Of a stretch of DNA of 64,000 bases, positions 20,135 through 29,451 are shown piece after piece. Location of the stretch: contig JBHLKY010000008.1 in the NCBI GenBank assembly GCA_048886185.1, positions 124,565 through 188,564 on the forward strand, written 5' to 3'. The stretch is from Candidatus Hermodarchaeota archaeon (GTDB taxonomy: Archaea > Asgardarchaeota > Heimdallarchaeia > Hodarchaeales > Hodarchaeaceae). Both the position numbers and the translations under genes were made by a program. The number at the start of each line of letters is the position of its first letter. The stretch's first letter is position 1. A model generated the notes under the pieces. It did no database searches. It saw only the letters and a list, made by a program, of their open reading frames with translations, and had not been told where the DNA came from.

Positions 20135-20656
20135 TTGTTCCTGAATTTAAAAGGTTCCTACAGGCTTACAATCGGAGTAATGAGGCAATTGGACATCGAA
20201 GAAAGTGAGATCGACCTTTTTGTGGTTTATGACCTCATTATAAGCGGAGGCGGGTTAATCTGTTCGCATTGTGGGAAAAGAATTAGTATTGAGGAACTTT
20301 TTGAACAGAAAATTATTGTGGGTAATGATGACGGGTATATCACCCATGTTGATTGCTTACTTCGATATATAATGAAAGCAGAACCTATTATTTCTTCAGG
20401 ATTAGCGAATGGCCTTTTTTCAGAGGCTCAAGTACGTCAAGATCTATTATCTCGCCCTTTTGAATCTGTAATTCTGGATATTAGTCGAGCCTGTTCTTAT
20501 AAAAGGTTATCTACATCAAAACAAAGTCACGAGTGTTCAAAATTTATTGCCTTTGAATCCAATCTGATCGAAGAAAGAAATAATCACAACTTAGAACTCC
20601 TTCTATCTTATCTTGACAATACTTTAATTAATTCTACTTATTCCGACCTCAATTGA
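20135..20656 (+). CDS. Hypothetical protein with a CxxC motif
   Basis: ORF only. Confidence 0.35.
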   Translation: MFLNLKGSYRLTIGVMRQLDIEESEIDLFVVYDLIISGGGLICSHCGKRISIEELFEQKIIVGNDDGYITHVDCLLRYIMKAEPIISSGLANGLFSEAQVRQDLLSRPFESVILDISRACSYKRLSTSKQSHECSKFIAFESNLIEERNNHNLELLLSYLDNTLINSTYSDLN

Positions 20657-20715
20657 GCTGATTGAATCAGTAATCAACAATTAGATCCAGTATTAAACAA
20701 AGAATGGTGATGTGA

Positions 20716-20961
20716 ATGAAAGTTGATCTATCTAGTATACCAAAATCAGAATTGATAGATGACATTGCTGCATTGATTAAAGAAAAAGAGAATATAAAAG
20801 CAAAGAAAGAGGGAAAGACATTAGAAATTGAGGGGTTGCCCTCTAGAAAGATAAAATTTTATACAAAGAAAATTTTGGGCCAAGCTGATCTACAAGGACA
20901 TTTTAAAGTCATCTCTCACGGAGATCACTTTGAAGTAATATTTTGGGAATTTCAGGAGTAA
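20716..20961 (+). CDS. Small hypothetical protein (81 aa) immediately upstream of a radical SAM gene
   Basis: ORF only. Confidence 0.35.
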   Translation: MKVDLSSIPKSELIDDIAALIKEKENIKAKKEGKTLEIEGLPSRKIKFYTKKILGQADLQGHFKVISHGDHFEVIFWEFQE

Positions 20962-21026
20962 CTAAACGCAGTTTCAAAAATTAAATCTCTAGAGTTTATT
21001 CTTATTCTCCCTGAAAAGGGATTAAG

Positions 21027-22151
21027 ATGACAAATACGATGAAAAAAACTCCTTGGGGAAGCACTTATACTTTCTCTCTTTCAAGAGGGTGTCAACAATG
21101 CATTTCTGGAGAGAAACTGGTAGTTTTAGTTACAACAGAATGTACCAGTAGTTGCTTCTATTGTCCTCTAAGCTTGGAACGAAAGCTGTCTCCATACTCA
21201 TTTGCCAATGAACGCCCAATAAAACAAATTGATGACCTGATTCAGGAATCATCCATTATGGACGCGAAAGGCGCAAGTATGACTGGGGGGGATCCGCTAG
21301 AAGAACATTCTTTCTTCCAAACCTTGGAATTCTGTCGAATTTTAAGAAAAAAATACTCAGATAATTTCCACATCCATCTGTACACCAGAGGAAGGGAAAT
21401 CACATCAGAAATGCTATCTAATTTAAACCCCTATGTCGATGAGATACGATTTCACGTCATTAATCTAAATAATGATTACAAACAGGTGAAACTAGCAACT
21501 CAATTTGATATCGATGTTGGAATTGAAGTACCAATAATCCCCACAAAGGGATTTAGTTATTATTGTGATCTTATTGGACGTTTTGAATCCATAATACCAG
21601 CAAAAAATCAATTCTACTTTGTAAACCTAAATGAACTTGAAATGAGTGAAACAAACTATAGAAATCTCTTAGTTCATGGTTTAGAATGTGACCAGGGTAA
21701 TCCTGCAGCCATTAAAGGGAGTGCTGAATTGGGAAAACGAATCGTGAATTGGGCATCTACTTCAAGTTCAGTCCCTGTTCATTTCTGTTCCTTGGCTACA
21801 AAGGACAGCATCCAATTACCAAACAGGTTGTACCGGATAGCCATGAATGTGAAACTTACTTCGGATGTTGTAATTTCAGAGGGCTCCGATAAAGGATTAT
21901 TAATACGAGGGATGATACAGTCGCCATCAGTAGATTTAGATGAACTCCGACAAGTATTAATTGAAGAATTAGAAATCCCAGGAGAATTAATTCATATTGA
22001 TGATCAAAAGAAACGGATTTTAACAAACGCAGCTATACTGGACGAATTGAAAGAGGAGATAAGGGAACTATTTCCAGATGCAATATTAGGAATCACAGAG
22101 GAATATCCATCATATGATAACTTACAAACGACATTTATTCCTCTGGACTGA
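21027..22151 (+). CDS. Radical SAM protein
   Basis: CxxxCxxC cluster, CTSSCFYC. Confidence 0.65.
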   Translation: MTNTMKKTPWGSTYTFSLSRGCQQCISGEKLVVLVTTECTSSCFYCPLSLERKLSPYSFANERPIKQIDDLIQESSIMDAKGASMTGGDPLEEHSFFQTLEFCRILRKKYSDNFHIHLYTRGREITSEMLSNLNPYVDEIRFHVINLNNDYKQVKLATQFDIDVGIEVPIIPTKGFSYYCDLIGRFESIIPAKNQFYFVNLNELEMSETNYRNLLVHGLECDQGNPAAIKGSAELGKRIVNWASTSSSVPVHFCSLATKDSIQLPNRLYRIAMNVKLTSDVVISEGSDKGLLIRGMIQSPSVDLDELRQVLIEELEIPGELIHIDDQKKRILTNAAILDELKEEIRELFPDAILGITEEYPSYDNLQTTFIPLD

Positions 22152-22235
22152 AAGAGAAAAGAAACAGAGCCAATCAAAAAGAATATTATAACTAAATTTT
22201 ATCCCCAAAAGTCATAACACAAATTTTGCTATAGC

Positions 22236-23369
22236 TTAACATACCTCACGCCAGTGAATCCCCAGTTGATCCGCATAATTACGAGCGTGATCCATCTCCT
22301 GAGGAGATACTCGTTTATCTAGTGATTGATAGCGTGGGTCGCCGTGAATTTTATGTTCGGGCCTCCATTGCCCCATAATATTCACAAACGCTTGATCAAC
22401 ATTTTTGGAGCACCAATCTAAAATGGGGAGGGTATCAGTCTCAACACGTCCAGGCATTACAAGATGACGAACAATCATCTCATGAAAACCATTATCATAA
22501 GCCATTTTGATATTTCTAGTTGCTATTTGCCAATACTCCTTAGCTTTCGTCATTTCATAAGCAAACTCATTTTTGTGAAATTTAAGATCAGGGAGCCAGA
22601 AATCCATAACATCGAGTAACAAATCCATTCCTTCAGATGATAGGAACATATTTGAGTTCCAAAGTTGGATTATATTTACCTGAAAATGAGTGAGAGCTTC
22701 AAGAATTGTGTGAATATTAGGAGTAGGATCCCCTCCAACCCAATTGATGTTTTTTGCTCCTTGTTTAGCAAGATTTTCCATTTTTTTACTCAAGAAGATT
22801 GGATTAACAAAGTTTTCCTTATTTAATTGATTAATATTCCCCCAGCTTTGAGAAATATCCCAATTCTGACAGAAACGACAGCGAAAGGTGCAACCAATAA
22901 AGAATATTGTCCCTGAGGGGATTAATGGGGGTTCTTCACCATAATGAAGAAAGGAAGAGGAGACTACACTCTTATCTGCAAGCCGGCAGAAACCTAATTC
23001 CCCCTTTGTTCGGTCTACATGGCATCTACGTTCACAAAAATGGCAGCTTTGAATAATCTTTTGAGAAATCCTAACCTTTAAATCTAAAAAGGATGTTTCT
23101 GGAGTGAGAAGCTCCTTAATCGTTGTTTTACCCCCTAGCACCTTGAGTTCTAGCTTTATAAATAACTCTCGAGTCTTCTTATGATGTTTCCACATGTCAG
23201 AGAGAGAGAGATCCTTAAGATTAAGGATATTAACAGGTGTTTTTTGCGCAATCAGGTATCGTGCTGACTTTTCTCCCCTTAATACTCCTAAATAATGCGG
23301 GAAACGACGAGCTACAACAGGGTTCTCCCATATTGATTCTGTATTTATACGCAAAACTCTTAACATCAC
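22236..23369 (-). CDS. Radical SAM enzyme of the PFL-activase/AmrS (AmmeMemoRadiSam) type
   Basis: GCTFRCRFCQNW Fe-S motif plus an upstream CHFCERRCH..C cluster. Confidence 0.6.
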   Translation of the reverse strand: MMLRVLRINTESIWENPVVARRFPHYLGVLRGEKSARYLIAQKTPVNILNLKDLSLSDMWKHHKKTRELFIKLELKVLGGKTTIKELLTPETSFLDLKVRISQKIIQSCHFCERRCHVDRTKGELGFCRLADKSVVSSSFLHYGEEPPLIPSGTIFFIGCTFRCRFCQNWDISQSWGNINQLNKENFVNPIFLSKKMENLAKQGAKNINWVGGDPTPNIHTILEALTHFQVNIIQLWNSNMFLSSEGMDLLLDVMDFWLPDLKFHKNEFAYEMTKAKEYWQIATRNIKMAYDNGFHEMIVRHLVMPGRVETDTLPILDWCSKNVDQAFVNIMGQWRPEHKIHGDPRYQSLDKRVSPQEMDHARNYADQLGIHWREVC

Positions 23370-23482
23370 AATTCATCTGATTTCCCCACAATTGCTATAT
23401 TATATTTTCGAAAGGAAAAAAACTTCAACTTGTAATTGATTAACCTTTAATAGAAGAGAAAGAGTAGTATGTTTACATCGAG

Positions 23483-23716
23483 GTGAATAAACTGGCATCA
23501 TGCCCAGAATGTGGTGGCATATCGAAATGGAACCCGCCATTCTATGTCTGCAGCGTCTGTGGACTAGCCCTCCGTCGTCAAGAGTATGAGCGTATGGTAC
23601 AACAGCAAAAAGAAGCTCTATGGGAAGCTCAATATGAAGAAGGCATTGGAGACCAAGATAAAAAACGGAAGAGAAATAAAGAATATTTAGATTGGTATTT
23701 AGGTTCAAAAAAGTGA
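23483..23716 (+). CDS. Small zinc-ribbon protein with a basic/acidic tail
   Basis: CPECG...CSVCG. Confidence 0.4.
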   Translation: MNKLASCPECGGISKWNPPFYVCSVCGLALRRQEYERMVQQQKEALWEAQYEEGIGDQDKKRKRNKEYLDWYLGSKK

Positions 23717-23848
23717 GATATGTCGAATTTATAAGAAGAAAATTAGCTTAAGTCCACCCTATGATTAACAGCTGTAATTTTCCCTCGATTAACTCTTTGT
23801 ACAGATTGATTTTAATTGAAAAAGTCACCTTCTTCTGAAAATATAGTA

Positions 23849-23923
23849 CGGGCTCTGTGAGATTCGAACTCACGACCTCTAGCTCCGGAGGCTAGCGCTC
23901 AATCCAAGCTAAGCTAAGAGCCC
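23849..23923 (-). tRNA. tRNA-Arg (anticodon CCG), intron-less, no encoded CCA
   Basis: Hand-folded cloverleaf: anticodon loop CUCCGGA, T-arm GTGAG-TTCGAAT-CTCAC, 7-bp acceptor. Confidence 0.8.
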
Positions 23924-23939
23924 ATGGACTATTCACTAA

Positions 23940-24072
23940 CGGACTCGGGGGGATTTGAACCCCCGACCCTCTGCTATCTTCACAAACTTAATAATCCTTT
24001 GAATAGGAGGCAGATGCTCTGTATGTGACCACTCTTTTAGAGAGGGGTCTATCCAAGCTAAGCCACGAGTCC
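23940..24072 (-). tRNA. tRNA-Arg (anticodon CCT), about 133 nt, two introns: about 28 nt in the D-loop and about 28 nt at canonical 37/38
   Basis: Acceptor GGACTCG/CGAGTCC, T-arm GGGGG-TTCAAAT-CCCCC, anticodon stem TCTGC/GCAGA with loop CUCCUA-[intron]-A. The D-stem GCTT/GAGC only closes after removing an insert. Confidence 0.65.
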
Positions 24073-24091
24073 ACTTCTAATTAAACAAATA

Positions 24092-24188
24092 TGGCGGATC
24101 CGAGGGGATTTGAACCCCCGACCTGCGACTTAGAAGGCCGCCGCTTTTGACACACGAACGTGTTCTATCCAGGCTAAGCCACGGATCC
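24092..24188 (-). tRNA. tRNA-Arg (anticodon TCT), about 97 nt, about 20-nt intron in the D-loop; 3' CCA encoded
   Basis: Acceptor GGATCCG/CGGATCC, anticodon stem-loop GCGGC-CUUCUAA-GUCGC, 5-nt variable loop, T-arm present. D-stem GCTT/AAGC is separated by an insert containing the hairpin ACACG-TT-CGTGT. Confidence 0.65.
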
Positions 24189-24334
24189 ATAAATATCTCT
24201 ATATTACCTCTAGAAGTGATGATTAGAGAACACAATCTTGATTTTAAATATTTTTTAACAAACTTCTAAGAGAGTTCGATTCGAAGCTATCTATTGAAAG
24301 AACCTAAAAAAGGTGTTATTTTTGTACAAGAACC

Positions 24335-26251
24335 TTAGCTTGGGAACCCTACAGTTTTGGTTGGTGGTGTAACTCTTTCAGGTTGAGAGGTAGTTATCGC
24401 AGAAACATGCTTCTTTTTATCCCACCCAATCAATGCTATTGATAAAACTTCATCAATATCTTCAACTGGGGTAATCTGAACTGATTCTCGGATTTTTTCA
24501 TCCAGAACTACATCCTCAAAGTTCTTGGCTGGAATAATTATCTGATTGATACCAACGCTAGCTGCTCCCTCTATTTTTGCAGATGTTCCTCCCACAGGAA
24601 GAACTTCTCCTCGTACTGAAAGGGATCCAGTCATTGCTAGATCTTGACGAACTGGTAGATTAAGTAGATCACTCATAATGGCAGTAGCAATAGTAACACT
24701 CGCACTATCTCCATCAATACCATGAACCCCTAGAAATTGGATATGAACATCCATCTTTGAGATATCTTTTCCAGTGTATTTTTTAATAAGAGCAGATACG
24801 TTTTGAACTGATTCTCTTGCTATTACACGAAGACTTCCTGTAGCAATTGTTTTCCCACCCACTCCTTGAGCAGGAACCACTTGAGCTTCTATTGGAGTTA
24901 TATGTCCTCCACGAGCGCCCCCTGTTTGATCAGCGATAACTGCAAGCCCATTAACACGCCCAACTAACCCACCTGTGGTTTGAATTACTTGATATTCTTT
25001 TTTCTGTTCTATTTGTCTATCAGCTATCTGATTCTCTAGAGAACGAGCAAGATCTCGAGCACTTAAAACATGCCTTGGTTCTACAAACGCAACTCCCTCT
25101 TCGCGCGCAATATCGCCAGCTGCTCTTATCAGTCCACCTAAATCCCTTAACCTAAGTGAAAGCCTATTTTTGCGATCTGCACGTTTTTTCGCCTCTAAAA
25201 CAACAGATAACACGGCACTTCGGGAAAAATGAGGAATTTTTCCATCTTTAGCAACTTCTTGAGCTGTAAAACGTACTAATTTTCGACGATTTTCCATAGT
25301 GTCTGGCATGGAATGATTTACAGCGATTTCATAGCCATATCCACGAATACGTGAGCGTAATGCAGGATGCATTCGTCGAACTGTGTCGATATTGCCCGAC
25401 GCTACTAATACAAAATCACAAGGAACAGATTCAGTTCGTACCATTGCCCCACTTGAGAGTTCTGATTGTCCAGTAATAGCCAACTGTTTTTCTTGCATTG
25501 CGGTTAATAGCTGTTGTTGGGTTTTTTGATTTAATGTAGCTACCTCATCAATGTAAAGAACTCCTTTATGCGATTTATGTATTAAACCAGCTTCAACCCG
25601 ATCATGTGCAGGAGTACCTAATCCGCCTGATTGAAATGGGTCGTGGCGAACATCTCCTAAAAGCGCTCCTGCATGAGCTCCTGTGGCATCATTAAATGGG
25701 GCGCTCGTACTTTCGGAATTATCCACTAATAGCTTTGGTACTAAATTTTCTCTTCTACTTCGGAACTGTCCGATAACAAAAAATGCTACCAAAGCTACAA
25801 AAATACCCATAAGTATTGCATTAACATCTCCCCCACTTAGGAATAATGCAATAATAATGATTATTGCTGGAATCCCTAATAACAGCATACTTCGTTGTTG
25901 ATCAGCTTTTCTAGCTAATTGCTTGTAATGATCCACAATTTTTCGTCCTTCCATTGTTGGAACAGTCATTATACGAGGAGTATGGGAATCATTCTGATTA
26001 GGAAGACATAAAATATCTTCCAATTCTTCTCGTGGCAATAATTCAGCTAGGGCTTGTCCCAACATCGATTTCCCTGTGCCTGGATCCCCTATTAAAAGTA
26101 CGTTTCGTCGTTGAATCGCGGCTTTTTTAATAATTTCAACTGGTAATTCCTGACCAATAACCTGATCAACTAATCTCGAGGGAATTGGGATCTCTTGAGT
26201 TGTTTTGAAATCCATATCTACATCTATCAAATCAATATTCTTTTTTTCCAT
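24335..26251 (-). CDS. lonB: Archaeal membrane-bound Lon protease (LonB)
   Basis: Walker A GDPGTGKS, internal TM helices, C-terminal Lon protease domain. Confidence 0.85.
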   Translation of the reverse strand: MEKKNIDLIDVDMDFKTTQEIPIPSRLVDQVIGQELPVEIIKKAAIQRRNVLLIGDPGTGKSMLGQALAELLPREELEDILCLPNQNDSHTPRIMTVPTMEGRKIVDHYKQLARKADQQRSMLLLGIPAIIIIIALFLSGGDVNAILMGIFVALVAFFVIGQFRSRRENLVPKLLVDNSESTSAPFNDATGAHAGALLGDVRHDPFQSGGLGTPAHDRVEAGLIHKSHKGVLYIDEVATLNQKTQQQLLTAMQEKQLAITGQSELSSGAMVRTESVPCDFVLVASGNIDTVRRMHPALRSRIRGYGYEIAVNHSMPDTMENRRKLVRFTAQEVAKDGKIPHFSRSAVLSVVLEAKKRADRKNRLSLRLRDLGGLIRAAGDIAREEGVAFVEPRHVLSARDLARSLENQIADRQIEQKKEYQVIQTTGGLVGRVNGLAVIADQTGGARGGHITPIEAQVVPAQGVGGKTIATGSLRVIARESVQNVSALIKKYTGKDISKMDVHIQFLGVHGIDGDSASVTIATAIMSDLLNLPVRQDLAMTGSLSVRGEVLPVGGTSAKIEGAASVGINQIIIPAKNFEDVVLDEKIRESVQITPVEDIDEVLSIALIGWDKKKHVSAITTSQPERVTPPTKTVGFPS

Positions 26252-26644
26252 TTGATCATTCCAACATTCTAGAAAGACGAACTAACCACCAATGTAAGAT
26301 TAGTATGTTTTTTGGGTATTTACTTCTTATGAACTCGAAAAAAGTTTTTAATTTTAAATAACTCTTTGCCCAGTTCCATGTTGCCTGGGTTGTTAAGTAC
26401 TTTTAAATGACTAGGTTTTATGAATAAATTAACTTATTTAAATTCGTCCATTGTTAGATATTCATACATCCAGCCATTAATTTATATTATCTCCTTTCTA
26501 AAATAACAATTTAATCTTAATATATTGTATTAGGTCATAGATAACGTATAAGTTTTATAAATCAGTAGATCTGACAATAAAAAGTGAAAGGAATAATAAA
26601 AATTCCTATTATAATTAATATTACTGAAGTACAAGTTAAAGGAA

Positions 26645-27784
26645 TCAGTAATTTGACCCTTTTGACACGGTAAAGACAAGTATCTTTCGTGTGAGTGAAC
26701 GATGAACATATTGAAGAAAACTTCTATAAGGTGCGTTTAAAATTCGGGCTGCTTGCTCTTCTATTTTAATATGAGATGGCATTGCAACCACTACTCGAGC
26801 TCGAGGGCTCAATAAGGGGTATATTTCATGAAAAAAATGAATTAATAATTTCTGAAGGCTAATACCACGAGTAGAAGATGCAGTACCATAAGGAGGATCT
26901 GTGACAACTGCAGAAATAGCTCCTTTCCTAATACTCAATTGAGTGGCATCTCCAAATACCAAAGACGTTAATTGATTAGCAATTTTATCTGCCTTTAGGT
27001 TCTGATAAGCACCCCAAAGCATTTTACGATTTATTTCAACTCCAATACTTTGTATACCCATCCTTGAGGCTTCCACGAGGGCTCCGCCTGATCCACAGAA
27101 AGGATCCAATAACCACTCCCCTGGTTTCAAAGCTGCAAGATTTATCATTGTACGTTGTAACAGAGGATTCATCGAGCTGGGATGAAAAAAAGGACGCTTA
27201 TGTACGCTTCTTCCACGAACCTCCCTGCGAAGTGAATAAGAAATAAGATGTCCAAACCAAAATCCATGTTCACTAAGAATTGAAATGAATTGCTCTTCTG
27301 GATTATCAAGGTTAACATTTTTAGATGGATTCGTTTCAAGAATTTGAGCACCTATAAAACGAGAAAGTCTTTGAGTCAAATCTCGGTTTTGAAATAGTCC
27401 TTTAGGTTCCCCAATCCGCTTTGTAGTTACAGAGAAAGATCGATTAGGTGTTAAATCTTGAACTACAGATATATCAAAAAGTGAAATCAGCTCATTGAAT
27501 GTTGATGGGGGATAGAGATGATAATCTATTTGAAATAGTTGGTGACAACAAAAATGACTCATAGTAACCCTTTTCATTAGAAGTGAAGCATTTTTTGAAA
27601 AAAGGTTTTCTTTTTCCTTAGAAAGAAACCAAAACTCAAGCACTCTAGAGTCTGGACTTATTTTCGTTTGAGTTGAAATACCTAGTGTAGAGAGAATACT
27701 TTCAAATTCAAATGCAGCTAACTCGGGATTTTCTCCAGATAACAAACAGAAATATCTTTGTACATGGAACTGGTTGTCTATCAT
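26645..27784 (-). CDS. THUMP-domain SAM-dependent methyltransferase, Trm11/TrmG10-like tRNA m2G methyltransferase
   Basis: DPPYG motif (VVTDPPYGTASS) and GxGxxG-like SAM site LDPFCGSGG. Confidence 0.55.
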   Translation of the reverse strand: MIDNQFHVQRYFCLLSGENPELAAFEFESILSTLGISTQTKISPDSRVLEFWFLSKEKENLFSKNASLLMKRVTMSHFCCHQLFQIDYHLYPPSTFNELISLFDISVVQDLTPNRSFSVTTKRIGEPKGLFQNRDLTQRLSRFIGAQILETNPSKNVNLDNPEEQFISILSEHGFWFGHLISYSLRREVRGRSVHKRPFFHPSSMNPLLQRTMINLAALKPGEWLLDPFCGSGGALVEASRMGIQSIGVEINRKMLWGAYQNLKADKIANQLTSLVFGDATQLSIRKGAISAVVTDPPYGTASSTRGISLQKLLIHFFHEIYPLLSPRARVVVAMPSHIKIEEQAARILNAPYRSFLQYVHRSLTRKILVFTVSKGSNY

Positions 27785-27798
27785 CTTTATTCTATCTT

Positions 27799-28908
27799 TT
27801 AAGAATAATGAGGTAACGATTCAGAGATGATCTTAGCTTTCTGAATAACATACTGTATATCAATCATTGAAATCTGTGATTTTCCTTGAAGAATTGCGTG
27901 ATGAATCACATTTTTGATGATTTTTTCTTTAAGGTCTCTTCCTGACCATTTCTGGCTTTGTTGTACAATAACATCCCATTGAATTTCGTGGAATTGAATA
28001 GGAGAGGTATCAGCATATTTCTCAAGGATTTTCTTTCTTTCATTAGCATTTGGTAATTTGAATTCAATTAACTCTTCAAAACGACTTAAAATCGCAGAGT
28101 CAAGGAGTTTAGGTTGATTGGTAGATCCAATTGTCACAATACCTTGATTTTTCTCTATACCATCCATTTCACCAAGTAAAGCACTAACTAGTTCAACAAC
28201 ATCTCCTCTGATACCTTGGTAATTACGTTTCAATCCAATGGCGTCCAGTTCATCAAGAAACACAATAGCAGGAGCCTTCTTTCTTGCTTCTACATATAAA
28301 TTTCTTATCTTTCTCGCACCATCTCCAGCATAAATCCCCAGAAGGTCACTTGCTTTAACTAGAAACATAGTACATTCCGTAGCTTGAGATAGTGCTCTTG
28401 CCATCATGGTTTTCCCATTCCCAGGAGGCCCCCAAAAAAGAATATTGCGAGGAGCCCATTTCGATTGAATTAAATCAGGATCATTCAAGAACTTCATAAT
28501 GACTTGACATTTTTCTTTGGCATTTTCTTGACCAACTATATCAAAAAAATGCAATTCTTCTTGTATCTGTGTAATGGGAGGTTCAGGAGAATCTTCCGAA
28601 AATAAGATAATTTGCGTCCTCTTAGATATTTGCGACTCACTGGGTTCTACATGAATAGCACGGAACGCATAATCAGGGTATAAGAGCGAATCAAATAAAA
28701 AATCCCCTTCCTTAACAATCAATCCTATCCACTGGCTACGCGCATATTGTTGAAACAAAGTTGGATCATCAGTAGTTAAAAATGGTGAAATATCTTCACT
28801 CCTAGCGCGTAGAGGATAACCTACCGGGAGGAGAGTCAATGATTTCATTTTTCTTGAGCGTTTAAGTGATGGATCCCTTTTTGGCAGTATTTTGGATTGA
28901 TGTTCCAA
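27799..28908 (-). CDS. Single-module AAA+ ATPase of the meiotic (Vps4/katanin/spastin-like) clade with a unique N-terminal domain
   Basis: Walker A GPPGNGKT, Walker B IVFLDELD, SRH with DSAILSRFEE resembling Vps4 DSAIRRRF. No obvious MIT three-helix bundle. Confidence 0.55.
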   Translation of the reverse strand: MEHQSKILPKRDPSLKRSRKMKSLTLLPVGYPLRARSEDISPFLTTDDPTLFQQYARSQWIGLIVKEGDFLFDSLLYPDYAFRAIHVEPSESQISKRTQIILFSEDSPEPPITQIQEELHFFDIVGQENAKEKCQVIMKFLNDPDLIQSKWAPRNILFWGPPGNGKTMMARALSQATECTMFLVKASDLLGIYAGDGARKIRNLYVEARKKAPAIVFLDELDAIGLKRNYQGIRGDVVELVSALLGEMDGIEKNQGIVTIGSTNQPKLLDSAILSRFEELIEFKLPNANERKKILEKYADTSPIQFHEIQWDVIVQQSQKWSGRDLKEKIIKNVIHHAILQGKSQISMIDIQYVIQKAKIISESLPHYS

Positions 28909-29144
28909 GAGATTTAATCATCTCCACTTTTTCATGCTTTATTCCTCCCTTCAATAATTACTTTCAAATCCTTTTTCAAACGACGAAGTTATTAATACAT
29001 GTGCTTAGTTGTGGAACAACTTTTTATTTCTAGATTTAGTGGTGTATTCAGCCTAAATTCAAGTCACAATCAAACAACCAAATTAATATTATTTGATACT
29101 CTCAAAATAAATCCATCTTTCGTCACACTAAGGCATTAAGACCA

Positions 29145-29152
29145 TTTAAAAT
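29145..29152 (+). promoter_or_regulatory. TATA-box-like element upstream of tRNA-Pro
   Basis: tttaaaat lies about 15-22 nt upstream of the mature tRNA 5' end. Confidence 0.3.
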
Positions 29153-29166
29153 CAAATCAAGAAATC

Positions 29167-29240
29167 GGGTTCGTGGTCTAGTTTGGTAGGATCTGCGCCT
29201 GGGGCGCGCAAGATCGGGGGTTCAAATCCCTCCGAACCCA
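29167..29240 (+). tRNA. tRNA-Pro (anticodon GGG), intron-less
   Basis: Acceptor GGGTTCG/CGAACCC, anticodon stem TGCGC/GCGCA with loop CUGGGGC, T-arm GGGGG-TTCAAAT-CCCTC. Confidence 0.8.
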
Positions 29241-29451
29241 TCTTACTCTTTTTCATCTACTTGAAAAATAGTGATTGAATTCTCTCAAGGAACATTGTTC
29301 TAGATATTCAGCTCATACCTATTAATGAATTATTCTTTTTGACTTTCTATGAAAAATATCCCTTTCATTTCATCATATTATGAGAATGACATTAGTTCAT
29401 TTATTTTTTTTGTCGGATAAATTATTAAGACAAAGAAGGAAGCTATTTTTT

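Noticed and set aside
21027-22151. Calling the first radical SAM a SPASM-domain RiPP maturase
   Set aside because: No C-terminal CxxxCxxxxxC-type auxiliary cluster was seen. The RiPP idea is retained only as a low-weight possibility.
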